From Bacteroidota bacterium (GTDB taxonomy: Bacteria; Bacteroidota; Ignavibacteria; UBA10030), in the NCBI GenBank assembly GCA_017882185.1, contig JADGQA010000001.1, positions 1-52,940 of the forward strand: a DNA stretch of 52,940 nt. The letters are read 5' to 3'. The position numbers and the translations under genes are program-made. The first letter of the stretch is position 1; each line of letters begins with the position of its first letter. The notes below the pieces were generated by a model, which saw only the letters and a list, made by a program, of their open reading frames with translations, did no database searches and had not been told where the DNA came from. Below, piece by piece: positions 1-8,510 of the stretch.

Positions 1-1182
1 GGCTTGCTTGGCGCACCGGGCAGACTGTTTCACACACTTTATGAATATTTGAGTTTCATTTCACTCATCGGATCGTTGTTCATCGTGGCGGGTGGCATTC
101 ACCTTCATATACGCGGGAAGGCGGCACCGTGGGAAAATATCATGTTCCTTGGAACGGGAGCGGTATTGTCGAACGTTTTGGGAACAACCGGCGCTTCTAT
201 GATTCTCATTCGGCCATACCTCCGTACAAACAAGTACCGCATTCGTGGTTACCACATTGCCTTCTTCATTTTCCTTGTCGCGAATATCGGCGGCGCCCTG
301 ACACCGGTCGGGGATCCCCCATTATTTCTTGGTTACCTGAAAGGGGTTCCATTCTTCTGGGTGTTTTCACGCGTGAATCAGATATGGGCGTTCACGGTAG
401 TGCTACTCCTTATCCTCTTCTTTGTGATCGACACCTATTTCTACCGGAAGGAATCTCTGGCTGTCCAGCACGCCGCTGCTCATCCCGATGAACCTCAAGT
501 ATCGGGTCTGCACAATGTATTCTTTCTGTTTGTCATTTTAGGAGCGGTGTTCATCGAACGGCCGCTCATGGTCCGGGAGGTCGTGATGTGGGGCGCGGCC
601 CTTGGGTCGTTCTACACGACGGGACGACACATTCACGAAAAGAACGAGTTCACATTTCATCCGATCAAAGAAGTGACAATTCTTTTTGCCGGCATTTTCG
701 CGACGATGATCCCCGCACTGGATTGGCTCGATCTCCACGGAGCGAGTTTGGGTCTTGTGACGCCGGCCCACTACTTCTGGGGTTCGGGTCTGCTCTCGAG
801 CGTTCTGGATAATGCGCCAACGTACTTGAATTTTCTCACCGCGTCCTTCGGATTGCACGGAGCGAATGTTGATAATCCCCATCACATGCAAATGATGTTG
901 GGCATTACCTCCCCGATGGCTTTTGGTCTCCCGAATCCGCTGCAGCTAGGGGCGCTGGCCATCACACCGGAAACGTGGAGGTATGTTCAGGCTGTCTCTG
1001 TAGGAGCAGTCTTTTTTGGGGCAATGACCTATATTGGAAACGGTCCAAATTTCATGGTCAAGTCAATCGCAGAGCATGCGGGAGTGGAATGCCCGACCTT
1101 CTTTGGTTATATTACAAAATACAGCATACCTATATTGCTGCCTGTCTTTTTGCTCGTTTGGTTCCTTTTCTTCAGGATCTAG
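1..1182 (+). CDS. NhaD/ArsB-superfamily ion (Na+/H+) antiporter-like permease, 5' end cut by window edge
   Basis: The ORF is open to nt 1 in frame 1 and stops at 1182. The protein is polytopic and hydrophobic, and segments such as GTTGASMILIRPY, GDPPLFLGY and LDNAPTYLNF resemble NhaD/citrate-transporter-like permeases. The family assignment was made by eye. Confidence 0.6.
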   Translation, partial: GLLGAPGRLFHTLYEYLSFISLIGSLFIVAGGIHLHIRGKAAPWENIMFLGTGAVLSNVLGTTGASMILIRPYLRTNKYRIRGYHIAFFIFLVANIGGALTPVGDPPLFLGYLKGVPFFWVFSRVNQIWAFTVVLLLILFFVIDTYFYRKESLAVQHAAAHPDEPQVSGLHNVFFLFVILGAVFIERPLMVREVVMWGAALGSFYTTGRHIHEKNEFTFHPIKEVTILFAGIFATMIPALDWLDLHGASLGLVTPAHYFWGSGLLSSVLDNAPTYLNFLTASFGLHGANVDNPHHMQMMLGITSPMAFGLPNPLQLGALAITPETWRYVQAVSVGAVFFGAMTYIGNGPNFMVKSIAEHAGVECPTFFGYITKYSIPILLPVFLLVWFLFFRI

Positions 1183-1189
1183 AAGCTCC

Positions 1190-2614
1190 ATGAATTTGTA
1201 TTATACCGATCTTATCACAAACAGCCCGTTGTTGACACTCACTGCAACGGGGCTTCTTCTCATTCTCATTGAGTCCACCAAGTCAACGAGAACGAGGCTA
1301 ACGTTCGGTGTGGGCATCGTCGGGCTTGCAGTCACCGGCGTGCTGGCCTGCTTCCACCTTACACCGGAACAGTCGACCTTCAACGGCATGATGAATGCGG
1401 GCGGCTATGGAAGCTACTTCACCATAATTTTTGTCCTTGCTGCCATCCTCACGTTTCTTTTGTCCAGAAGTTATCTCGAACGGATGGGAAATAACAAAGG
1501 TGAATACTATATCTTAATTGTGTTTGCAACAGTGGGAATGATGTTGATGGCAAGCGCCAACGACCTGATTATTGTGTTTCTCGGGATCGAGCTGATGTCG
1601 ATCTGTCTGTATATCCTTGTGGGGTTCTTCAGGGTCAAAGACCGCTCGAATGAATCGTCGATCAAATATTTTCTTCTTGGAGCATTCGCGACCGGGTTCC
1701 TACTCTACGGAATCGCACTTGTCTATGGTACTTCCGGGTCGACAAATCTGACTGTGATTGCTAGATCGTTTCCGACAGTTTCCAGCAACACAATGTTCAT
1801 TATCGGTGTAGCGTTGATGGTTGTCGCGTTTTCATTCAAAGTTGCGGCGGTGCCATTCCATATGTGGGCTCCGGACGTTTACGAGGGAGCCCCTACACCG
1901 GTCACGGGGTTCATGGCGACAGGAGCAAAAGCTGCTGCGTTTGCCGTATTCGTTGTGGTGTTCGATCGGACGCTGGGATTTTCCGGAGGCAAATTAAATC
2001 TCGTAATCGCGATGATTGCGGCTGCATCGATGATCCTGGGCAATGTTCTTGCCATTGCGCAGACCAACGTCAAGAGGATGCTCGCATATTCAAGTATTGC
2101 ACACGCAGGTTACATGCTGTCCGGTGTGGCGGCAGCGAATACAGAAGGTCAATCCGGAGTGCTTTTCTATCTCATCGCGTATCTTTTCATGAACCTCGGT
2201 GCATTCGGCATCGTCGGAATCATGGAAGGGGAGGATGAGAAAAATTTGAGTATCGACGATTATGCGGGACTCAGTACGCAACGGCCGGTCCTGGCGATGT
2301 TGATGGCCGTCTTTATGTTCTCCCTTGCGGGCGTCCCCCCATTCGGCGGATTCTTTGGAAAGTATTACGTATTCCTGGCTGCGGTAAAGGCAAATATGAC
2401 CTGGCTTGCCGTCGTCGGCGTCCTCACGAGTCTTGTTTCTGCATACTACTATCTGCGTCTCGTTGTTCTCATGTACTTTCGTGATGGCAAGGCCGATGTG
2501 CCGATGAAGCCGTCGTTTGCAGCGATGGTGGCCGTCTGTGTCTCAGCGTTGCTTATCCTGCAACTCGGTCTCTATCCCTCGGCGGTTGTCCAGTTGGTTC
2601 AGTCGTTTCACTAA
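1190..2614 (+). CDS. nuoN: NADH-quinone oxidoreductase subunit N
   Basis: Track ORF 1034..2614 is trimmed to the ATG at 1190 (MNLYYTDLI), 7 nt after the upstream stop. The protein is multi-TM with LGIELMSICLYILVG, KVAAVPFHMWAPDVYEGAPTP and KRMLAYSSIAHAGYM, all typical of NuoN/ND2. Confidence 0.9.
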   Translation: MNLYYTDLITNSPLLTLTATGLLLILIESTKSTRTRLTFGVGIVGLAVTGVLACFHLTPEQSTFNGMMNAGGYGSYFTIIFVLAAILTFLLSRSYLERMGNNKGEYYILIVFATVGMMLMASANDLIIVFLGIELMSICLYILVGFFRVKDRSNESSIKYFLLGAFATGFLLYGIALVYGTSGSTNLTVIARSFPTVSSNTMFIIGVALMVVAFSFKVAAVPFHMWAPDVYEGAPTPVTGFMATGAKAAAFAVFVVVFDRTLGFSGGKLNLVIAMIAAASMILGNVLAIAQTNVKRMLAYSSIAHAGYMLSGVAAANTEGQSGVLFYLIAYLFMNLGAFGIVGIMEGEDEKNLSIDDYAGLSTQRPVLAMLMAVFMFSLAGVPPFGGFFGKYYVFLAAVKANMTWLAVVGVLTSLVSAYYYLRLVVLMYFRDGKADVPMKPSFAAMVAVCVSALLILQLGLYPSAVVQLVQSFH

Positions 2615-2631
2615 GTGAAAGCTCCCGTGCA

Positions 2632-4206
2632 ATGGAACGCGTAGTTTCCGCGGAGGAAATGAAGTGGTGTGACGAAACCACGATCAAGGGGATCGGCATC
2701 CCAGGACTTTCGCTCATGGAAAATGCCGGTGGCGCCGTCGCTCGGTTGATCCAACACACTCTTGGAAACCTCGCCAATAAGCATGTTGTGGTCTTTTGCG
2801 GCAAAGGGAACAATGGAGGCGATGGTTTTGTCCTCGCGAGACATCTCTCCAATGCCGGAGCACGTATCTCAGTTTTCCTGACCTCTTCTCCACTCGATAT
2901 AAGAGGCGATGCGCGGTTAAATTTCAATGTGTTGAAAAAGATTTCCGGCCGGGCTACGCCTCCCATAACACTCCAACGCTACTCAAGAAATATACTCGAT
3001 ACGTTGCAGAAAATCGACGCTGTCGTGGACGCCATTTTTGGAACGGGCTTCTCGGGAAGAATCAAACAGCCCCTTCTCGGTCTCGTCGAATGGATTAACA
3101 TTCAGAATGTGCCCGTCTTTTCTGTGGACATTCCGTCCGGACTCAATGCGACGACCGGAGTGGTAGAGAACGCAGCCGTCCGCGCTCATCACACGATTAC
3201 GTTCGGTTTGCGAAAATCCGGGCTTCTCCTTAACAGTGGCAAAGAATTTTCTGGAAACGTGGAAGTTGCAGACATAGGAATTCCGAAGGCGGTTACTGAA
3301 TCGAAGACTCTTTCAAAAACATTTCTCGTCGATTTAGCCGATGTCAGAGCAAGGTTGCCGCGACGACCTTTAACCGCAAACAAGTACAGTGTCGGAAAGG
3401 TCTTTGTCGTTGCAGGATCCAAGGGATTGACCGGAGCCGCCGCCCTCTGTGCAACTTCGGCATTGCGTGCAGGTGCGGGCGCTGTCTTGCTTGGAACTCC
3501 CGAGGCCGTCTATCCAACAATGATGCGCAAGCTCACGGAAGTGATGGTTATGCCGTTGCCTTCGACGGATGAAGGCACATTAAGCGATATGAGCTTCGAA
3601 GCTCTTCAACCAAAGCTCGCGTGGGCAGATGTCGTAGTTGTCGGTCCAGGATTGTCGCGAAACGCACAAACACAATCGGTCGTTCTCAGAATTCTGAAAG
3701 AGTATTCGGGACGAATCCTCCTGGATGCCGACGGACTCTATGCTGCTGCATCGGCAGGGTTGGATATGTTGAAAAAATCGAAAGCCGATGTAATTCTTAC
3801 ACCTCATTCGGGTGAGTTTGGCAATCTCGTGAAAAAGAAATCAGAGGAAGTGGATCGGAACCGGATCGATTTTCCACGGGCACTTGCAAAACAGCTCCGA
3901 AAGACAGTCATCCTCAAGGGCGCGCCGAGCATTACGGCCACATTGGACGGAACTACCTATGTGAATTCCACAGGAAATCCCGGAATGGCCACAATTGGTT
4001 CGGGCGATGTTCTCTCCGGGATTATTGCCGCGCTTTGGGCGCAGGGATGTCCGGCTGAAATCGCTGCATACAGCGGTGTTTATCTTCATGGACTAGCCGG
4101 TGATCTGGCCAAAAGAGAATTTGGAGAACGCAGCCTTATCGCTGGGGACATCACCGGACACTTGCCGCAAGCATTTTCCATCGTTGAAAATGGTGGACTA
4201 AAGTGA
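2632..4206 (+). CDS. nnr: bifunctional NAD(P)H-hydrate epimerase / ADP-dependent dehydratase (YjeF/Nnr)
   Basis: The N-terminal YjeF_N part carries CGKGNNGGDG. The C-terminal carbohydrate-kinase-like part carries VVGPGLS and TIGSGDVLSGII. The length of 524 aa fits the fused enzyme. Confidence 0.9.
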   Translation: MERVVSAEEMKWCDETTIKGIGIPGLSLMENAGGAVARLIQHTLGNLANKHVVVFCGKGNNGGDGFVLARHLSNAGARISVFLTSSPLDIRGDARLNFNVLKKISGRATPPITLQRYSRNILDTLQKIDAVVDAIFGTGFSGRIKQPLLGLVEWINIQNVPVFSVDIPSGLNATTGVVENAAVRAHHTITFGLRKSGLLLNSGKEFSGNVEVADIGIPKAVTESKTLSKTFLVDLADVRARLPRRPLTANKYSVGKVFVVAGSKGLTGAAALCATSALRAGAGAVLLGTPEAVYPTMMRKLTEVMVMPLPSTDEGTLSDMSFEALQPKLAWADVVVVGPGLSRNAQTQSVVLRILKEYSGRILLDADGLYAAASAGLDMLKKSKADVILTPHSGEFGNLVKKKSEEVDRNRIDFPRALAKQLRKTVILKGAPSITATLDGTTYVNSTGNPGMATIGSGDVLSGIIAALWAQGCPAEIAAYSGVYLHGLAGDLAKREFGERSLIAGDITGHLPQAFSIVENGGLK

Positions 4207-4607
4207 AGAGATTCGCTCAGAATCAATTGCCAGCAATTGTTTGGATTGGCATCATCTTCTGGTTGTCCTCGATTCATAGAATTCCAAATCTCCATATTCC
4301 GATGGGCGACAAGTTTGCACATACGCTCTTTTACGGAGTGTTGTGTGGACTGTCGTTCAGAGCATTTGTCGTGCAGGAGAAATTTTCTCTTCTGAAACAC
4401 TGCGCATTGTGTGCCGCTTTCATCTTCACGATCCTGTACGGCGTCACGGATGAAGTTCACCAGTTGTATGTTTGGGGCAGAACCTCAGACATACTTGACG
4501 TCACAGCTGACGCCTTTGGCGGGTTGATTTTTGTCATCGCCTTCAGTCTGTTTCAAGAATGGAAGTCCGGGATCACTTCTGTTGAAGTTCCGGATTCAAA
4601 GGTTTGA
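4203..4607 (+). CDS. VanZ-like family membrane protein
   Basis: This is a 134-aa protein with four hydrophobic segments and a DKFAH ... DEVHQ pattern typical of VanZ-like proteins. Its GTG start overlaps the nnr stop by 4 nt. Confidence 0.65.
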   Translation: MKRFAQNQLPAIVWIGIIFWLSSIHRIPNLHIPMGDKFAHTLFYGVLCGLSFRAFVVQEKFSLLKHCALCAAFIFTILYGVTDEVHQLYVWGRTSDILDVTADAFGGLIFVIAFSLFQEWKSGITSVEVPDSKV

Positions 4608-4658
4608 CAGAACAGCAATTTCTCAGTATCTTACTCTTGTCCATTCAGAGGTCTATTC

Positions 4659-4690
4659 ACCGCCTGACGCTTGTCGAAAGGCGGTTTTTT
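4659..4690 (+). terminator. intrinsic terminator after vanZ-like gene
   Basis: The stem ACCGCCT / AGGCGGT (7 bp) has a 13-nt loop and is followed by TTTTTT (4685-4690). It lies between the vanZ-like stop and the tgt start. Confidence 0.6.
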
Positions 4691-4749
4691 GTTGGCAGTC
4701 GACGAGACCACTTCGTCTTCAAATTCTCAACGACAGAGAGTGTGATCTC

Positions 4750-5886
4750 TTGAAATTCAAACTCGTCGCAACAGACGGCAAAGCCCGTGCAGGTGTTATC
4801 ACTACGGATCACGGCGAGATCGAGACTCCTATCTTCATGCCGGTCGGTACACAAGGTAGCGTGAAGGCGATCGAACAAAGGGAACTCGAAGAGATTGGTG
4901 CACAGATCATTCTTGGGAATACGTATCACCTGTATCTAAGGCCTGGAACCGAGATTCTCAGTAGCGCCGGTGGGCTGCATAGATTCATCCATTGGGAGAA
5001 GCCCATACTGACGGATAGCGGCGGCTATCAGGTGTACAGTCTGACGGATTTGCGGAAAATTGAAGAAGAAGGCGTAACGTTCAAATCGCATCTTGACGGG
5101 TCGACTCATTTCTTCAGTCCGGAAAGCGTTGTTGTCATCGAGCGTCAGATCGGCGCAGACATCATGATGGTACTGGATGAATGTACACCGTATCCATGCG
5201 ATCGTCAGTATGCAACGGCATCGAACGAATTGACCGTGCGATGGGCAGAACGATGCAAGGAAGCATTTGAAATAAATCCGTCTCATTACGGACATTCCCA
5301 GGCACTGTTTGGAATTGTCCAAGGCAGCACGTATCCTGACGTCAGGGAGATGAGTGCACAGAAACTCGTTCAACTTGATTTTGACGGTTATGCAATCGGC
5401 GGTCTTGCAGTTGGAGAGCCTTTGGAGGAAATGTACCGGATAACTGGGATCTGCGAGTCTATTCTCCCGCCGTCGAAGCCACGCTATCTCATGGGGGTAG
5501 GAACCCCGCAGAATCTGCTTGAATCCATCGAGAGGGGGATAGACATGTTTGACTGTGTTCTGCCGACAAGAAACGGAAGGAACTCCACATTGTTTACGCA
5601 CCGTGGTAGTGTGAATATCAAGAATGCAACCTACAAGAGCGATTTTCGGCCGGTCGACGAATTGTGTACCTGCTATACATGCCGAACGTTTACCAGAGCG
5701 TATCTTCGGCATCTGTTCCATGTAAAAGAAATACTGGCATTGCAGCTTGCCACGATTCACAATCTCGCGTTCTATCTTTGGCTCATGAAAGAAGCGAGAA
5801 TCCAAATCCAAGCGAGCCGGTATGGGGCCTGGAAATCAGGGATGCTTCAACAGCTTCAACATGATTCGACAACAGAAACCAATTAA
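4750..5886 (+). CDS. tgt: tRNA-guanine(34) transglycosylase (queuine tRNA-ribosyltransferase)
   Basis: Track ORF 4531..5886 is trimmed to the in-frame TTG at 4750, giving (M)KFKLVATDGKARAG, the canonical Tgt N-terminus. Supporting motifs are PIFMPVGTQG, LTDSGGYQV and the zinc motif CTCYTCRTFTRAYLRHL. The upstream terminator lies inside the over-extended track ORF. Confidence 0.93.
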   Translation: MKFKLVATDGKARAGVITTDHGEIETPIFMPVGTQGSVKAIEQRELEEIGAQIILGNTYHLYLRPGTEILSSAGGLHRFIHWEKPILTDSGGYQVYSLTDLRKIEEEGVTFKSHLDGSTHFFSPESVVVIERQIGADIMMVLDECTPYPCDRQYATASNELTVRWAERCKEAFEINPSHYGHSQALFGIVQGSTYPDVREMSAQKLVQLDFDGYAIGGLAVGEPLEEMYRITGICESILPPSKPRYLMGVGTPQNLLESIERGIDMFDCVLPTRNGRNSTLFTHRGSVNIKNATYKSDFRPVDELCTCYTCRTFTRAYLRHLFHVKEILALQLATIHNLAFYLWLMKEARIQIQASRYGAWKSGMLQQLQHDSTTETN

Positions 5887-5915
5887 ATCACTATTCAGAA
5901 TCAAAGGAGGTCCAA

Positions 5916-6245
5916 TTGCTTAGTCAACTGCTTCTCTTCATGACACCTTCCGGTTCGGAAGGTGGCGCAGGCATCATCGGAAATGTCGTTCTCTTCGGAT
6001 CGATCATCCTGATTTTCTATTTTATGATCATCCGTCCTCAGCAGAAGAGACAAAAAGAGCGTCAACAGATGGTCGACTCGATGAAGAAGGGGGACAAGAT
6101 TGTGACGGCAGGTGGTATTCACGGCACGATCGTCGGAATTGAAGACAAGATCGTTCTTGTTCAGATTGCAGACAACGTGAAAATCAAAGTCGATCGATCA
6201 ACCATCGGCAACATTCTCAAAGAAGGCGAGCCGATTACCAAATAG
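5916..6245 (+). CDS. yajC: preprotein translocase subunit YajC
   Basis: The TTG start sits 5 nt after AGGAGG (5905-5910). The protein has one TM followed by RPQQKRQKE...GDKIVTAGGIHGTIV, typical of YajC. tgt-yajC synteny is classical. Confidence 0.85.
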   Translation: MLSQLLLFMTPSGSEGGAGIIGNVVLFGSIILIFYFMIIRPQQKRQKERQQMVDSMKKGDKIVTAGGIHGTIVGIEDKIVLVQIADNVKIKVDRSTIGNILKEGEPITK

Positions 6246-6392
6246 TGGTCTGGCGGGAGAAGGAGCAGAGGGCAGTCAGAAATGGGAAGTCTTGCTTTGC
6301 GAAGACCATTAGAGCGTTCTGTTCCCGATGCATAAAATTTTTTCTTGCGTCTATCTGTTTTTTCTTCTACTTTGGGGATGAAACACACGGAC

Positions 6393-6428
6393 AGCCATTA
6401 TCTCAAAAAGATGATGGCTTTTCTTTTT
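6393..6428 (+). terminator. intrinsic terminator after yajC
   Basis: The 9-bp stem AGCCATTAT / ATGATGGCT (one G-U pair) has a 9-nt loop and is followed by TTTTCTTTTT. Confidence 0.55.
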
Positions 6429-6485
6429 GCCCACACGCTCAGATTCACCAGGGCGACGGGGATTTTTTTTGAGTCAGGAGACAGC

Positions 6486-6968
6486 ATGTCAGAGAACAAC
6501 GGTAGAGTGTATTTGACGCGTGAGCGGCTCGTAGAAATTGAGCTTGAGCTAAAAAAGCTCAAGACGGAAGGACGTAAGGAAATGGCGCAGAAGATTGCCG
6601 AAGCGCGCGGCTATGGCGATTTAAGCGAAAACGCCGAATACGACGCGGCCAAGGAAGCTCAGGGATTAATGGAATTGAGGATCTCAAAACTTGAAGAAAC
6701 CCTCGGACGGGCACGAGTTATGGAAGGGTCCGATTTGCCGAATGACAAGATATACATTTTGTCACTTGTAAAACTGAAAGACTTGAAGACCGGTGAAGTC
6801 ATTGAGTACCGGCTTGTGGCCCAGGAAGAGGCTGATTTCGAGAAGAACAAGATATCTGTGACTTCGCCGATTGGGAAAGGACTGATTGGCAAGGTTCCGG
6901 GCGAGGTTGTCAAGATTAAGGCGCCTGCCGGATTCCTTGAGTACAAGATTCTCGAAATAAGCCGTTGA
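6486..6968 (+). CDS. greA: transcription elongation factor GreA
   Basis: The track ORF is trimmed to the ATG at 6486 (MSENNGRVYLTRERL), with GGAG upstream. Supporting segments are GDLSENAEYDAAKEAQ and the C-terminal ISVTSPIGKGLIGK. Confidence 0.92.
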   Translation: MSENNGRVYLTRERLVEIELELKKLKTEGRKEMAQKIAEARGYGDLSENAEYDAAKEAQGLMELRISKLEETLGRARVMEGSDLPNDKIYILSLVKLKDLKTGEVIEYRLVAQEEADFEKNKISVTSPIGKGLIGKVPGEVVKIKAPAGFLEYKILEISR

Positions 6969-7039
6969 TTGCACCAGTTCTCCTGCCGAATAACTTACCT
7001 CCGATTCAATCTCCGAACATCAACGAATGACTTTGCGGC

Positions 7040-7546
7040 ATGCCTAAGAATCTCGAGCTCAAGGCTTCTATTCCTACTCTCCGTTCGGCTCTGTCTGTCT
7101 GCGTACGAATACGAGCTCGGAAACACAGCGTTCTGAATCAGACTGACACCTACTTCAAAGTGAAGAAGGGCAGACTGAAACTACGTGAGATCAATGGAAA
7201 GAGATTTGAGCTGATTTATTATATGCGTAGCAACCTGAGAGGAAGCTGCTATTCGGACTATGTTGTCGTTCCGGTCGAGGAACCAAAGGCCATAAAGACC
7301 GTGTGCGGAATCCTTTTTGGCGTGAAGACGGTTGTGAAAAAGAGTCGTATTCTCTTCCTCTACAAAAATGCCCGGATTCACATCGATGCTGTGAGAGGAT
7401 TGGGAACGTTCATCGAGTTTGAGGTCCTTGTGCATCACGGGAAAAGGCAGGCGAGACGGCTTATGGATTTTCTCATTCTTGAGTTTGGTATTTCAAAGCG
7501 AAGGAGTATCGCTGGATCATACGCAGATTTATTGTTGAAGCAATGA
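7040..7546 (+). CDS. CYTH-domain protein (class IV adenylate cyclase / triphosphate tunnel metalloenzyme family)
   Basis: This is a 168-aa protein with N-terminal NLELKA (an ExExK-like strand), and RLKLRE, IHID and GTFIEFEV patterns like CyaB/CYTH proteins. The first acidic residue of ExExK appears to be Asn. Confidence 0.65.
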   Translation: MPKNLELKASIPTLRSALSVCVRIRARKHSVLNQTDTYFKVKKGRLKLREINGKRFELIYYMRSNLRGSCYSDYVVVPVEEPKAIKTVCGILFGVKTVVKKSRILFLYKNARIHIDAVRGLGTFIEFEVLVHHGKRQARRLMDFLILEFGISKRRSIAGSYADLLLKQ

Positions 7547-7650
7547 GGGTGCAATGCCAACAGCGCCTGCGAGAAAGACCTTGCGAAGCGGAAGCGATTT
7601 TGTTATATTTCTCGTGCGCATGCGGGAATGGCAACAAACGCGCGGCAAAT

Positions 7651-7729
7651 AGTTCCTTGACTTATCGCGGGAATAGCTCGGTCCCGTTCTGAATACAGTT
7701 CGGAACGAGGATCCCGCCAAAGGCGGGAT
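7651..7729 (+). repeat. partial duplicate of the tRNA-Gly upstream flank plus the first 13 nt of the tRNA, followed by a perfect 8-bp hairpin (likely tRNA gene remnant)
   Basis: Positions 7651-7679 match 7752-7780 at 24 of 29 positions, including an identical GCGGGAATAGCTC. The downstream sequence does not fold as a tRNA. ATCCCGCC-AAA-GGCGGGAT forms a hairpin at 7711-7729. Confidence 0.6.
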
Positions 7730-7767
7730 TGGTAGTAAATGCGTTGCAAATGGTTCTTTGATTTATT

Positions 7768-7840
7768 GCGGGAATAGCTCAGTTGGTAGAGCGCAACCTT
7801 GCCAAGGTTGAGGTCGCGGGTCCGAACCCCGTTTCCCGCT
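7768..7840 (+). tRNA. tRNA-Gly (anticodon GCC)
   Basis: The manual cloverleaf has acceptor GCGGGAA/TTCCCGC, D arm GCTC..GAGC, anticodon stem CAACC/GGTTG with loop TTGCCAA, and T arm GCGGG-TCCGAAC-CCCGT. CCA is not encoded. Confidence 0.93.
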
Positions 7841-7866
7841 CTGTCTCATCCTTAGGGATCGGGACA

Positions 7867-7907
7867 ATCCAGCAACTCGCAAACCCCAGTGGTTTGCTGG
7901 ATTTTTC
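7867..7907 (+). terminator. hairpin plus short T-run downstream of tRNA-Gly
   Basis: The 9-bp stem ATCCAGCAA / TTGCTGGAT is followed by TTTT. Confidence 0.45.
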
Positions 7908-7918
7908 ACCTCTACGGA

Positions 7919-7969
7919 AATACCCCGTTGCCCAATACTCCCACCAAGCAACGGGGTATTTTTATTTTT
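7919..7969 (+). terminator. strong intrinsic terminator downstream of tRNA-Gly
   Basis: The 13-bp stem AATACCCCGTTGC / GCAACGGGGTATT is followed by TTTATTTTT. Confidence 0.65.
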
Positions 7970-8147
7970 GTATGTGAGTCTGGAAGCGCGGCCGTTTTGT
8001 TCGTATATTGGGTTCACAAAGCTTCTCTGTTCACCGATTCCGCACCAGACCTGTCTTGGACGGCTACTATGGTGCGCAAGAGGGGCGTAGGAAAAGCTAA
8101 TACAGGATATTCAAACAATTCAAAATTCGACAATCCGCAATTCCTTT

Positions 8148-8219
8148 GGCGCGGTACCCAAGTGGTAAGGGAGAGGTCTGCAAAACCTTTATGCGCCGGT
8201 TCGATCCCGGCCCGCGCCT
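8148..8219 (+). tRNA. tRNA-Cys (anticodon GCA)
   Basis: The manual cloverleaf has acceptor GGCGCGG/CCGCGCC, anticodon loop CTGCAAA, and T arm GCCGG-TTCGATC-CCGGC. Confidence 0.93.
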
Positions 8220-8397
8220 CAAAGAAGAGATGGAGGAAGGTAGTAGAAGAAAGAGGCTGGAATTGACACTGAAACTTGCACAGGCAGTCTTGATGCAATT
8301 CTGGCAATGAACCTCTGCCATTGGCTCTAAATGATTTTGGAGCCATCTTGCTTCAGATGAAAGCAAGAATTGGAATGTGCGAAATGGCACGATAGAC

Positions 8398-8422
8398 GGC
8401 TCTCTTTGGAGCCATTTTTTTT
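8398..8422 (+). terminator. hairpin plus T8, about 90 nt upstream of serA
   Basis: GGCTCT-CTTT-GGAGCC is followed by A and then TTTTTTTT (8415-8422). Two further hairpins precede it at 8322-8345 and 8346-8368. Confidence 0.5.
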
Positions 8423-8510
8423 GGTGTCGAAGAAATCGATTTGACCGTCACTTCGGACATATTCTATCATTCGTGAGCGGCTCAGATTTGATCAGAGATA
8501 ATGTGAGACT

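Noticed and set aside
4936-5811. This is a 291-aa ORF antisense to tgt. Similar long antisense ORFs lie at 13199..13981, 15351..16055, 22044..22751, 28566..29477 and 49712..50470.
   Set aside because: Each lies entirely opposite a confidently identified, conserved gene. Their composition is skewed and low-complexity, typical of shadow frames, and none has an RBS or a recognisable domain.
6246-6485. I considered a GraL-like sRNA or attenuator in the greA leader, based on the T8 tract at 6463-6470 just before the greA RBS.
   Set aside because: The T-run is not preceded by a convincing stem. The clear hairpin-plus-T-run at 6393-6428 is adequately explained as the yajC terminator.
7763-8390. These are ORFs on both strands overlapping tRNA-Gly, tRNA-Cys and their terminators (7763..8017, 7783..7977, 7889..8266, 8014..8346, 8097..8390).
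   Set aside because: They overlap well-folded tRNA genes and terminator hairpins. They have no coding signature.
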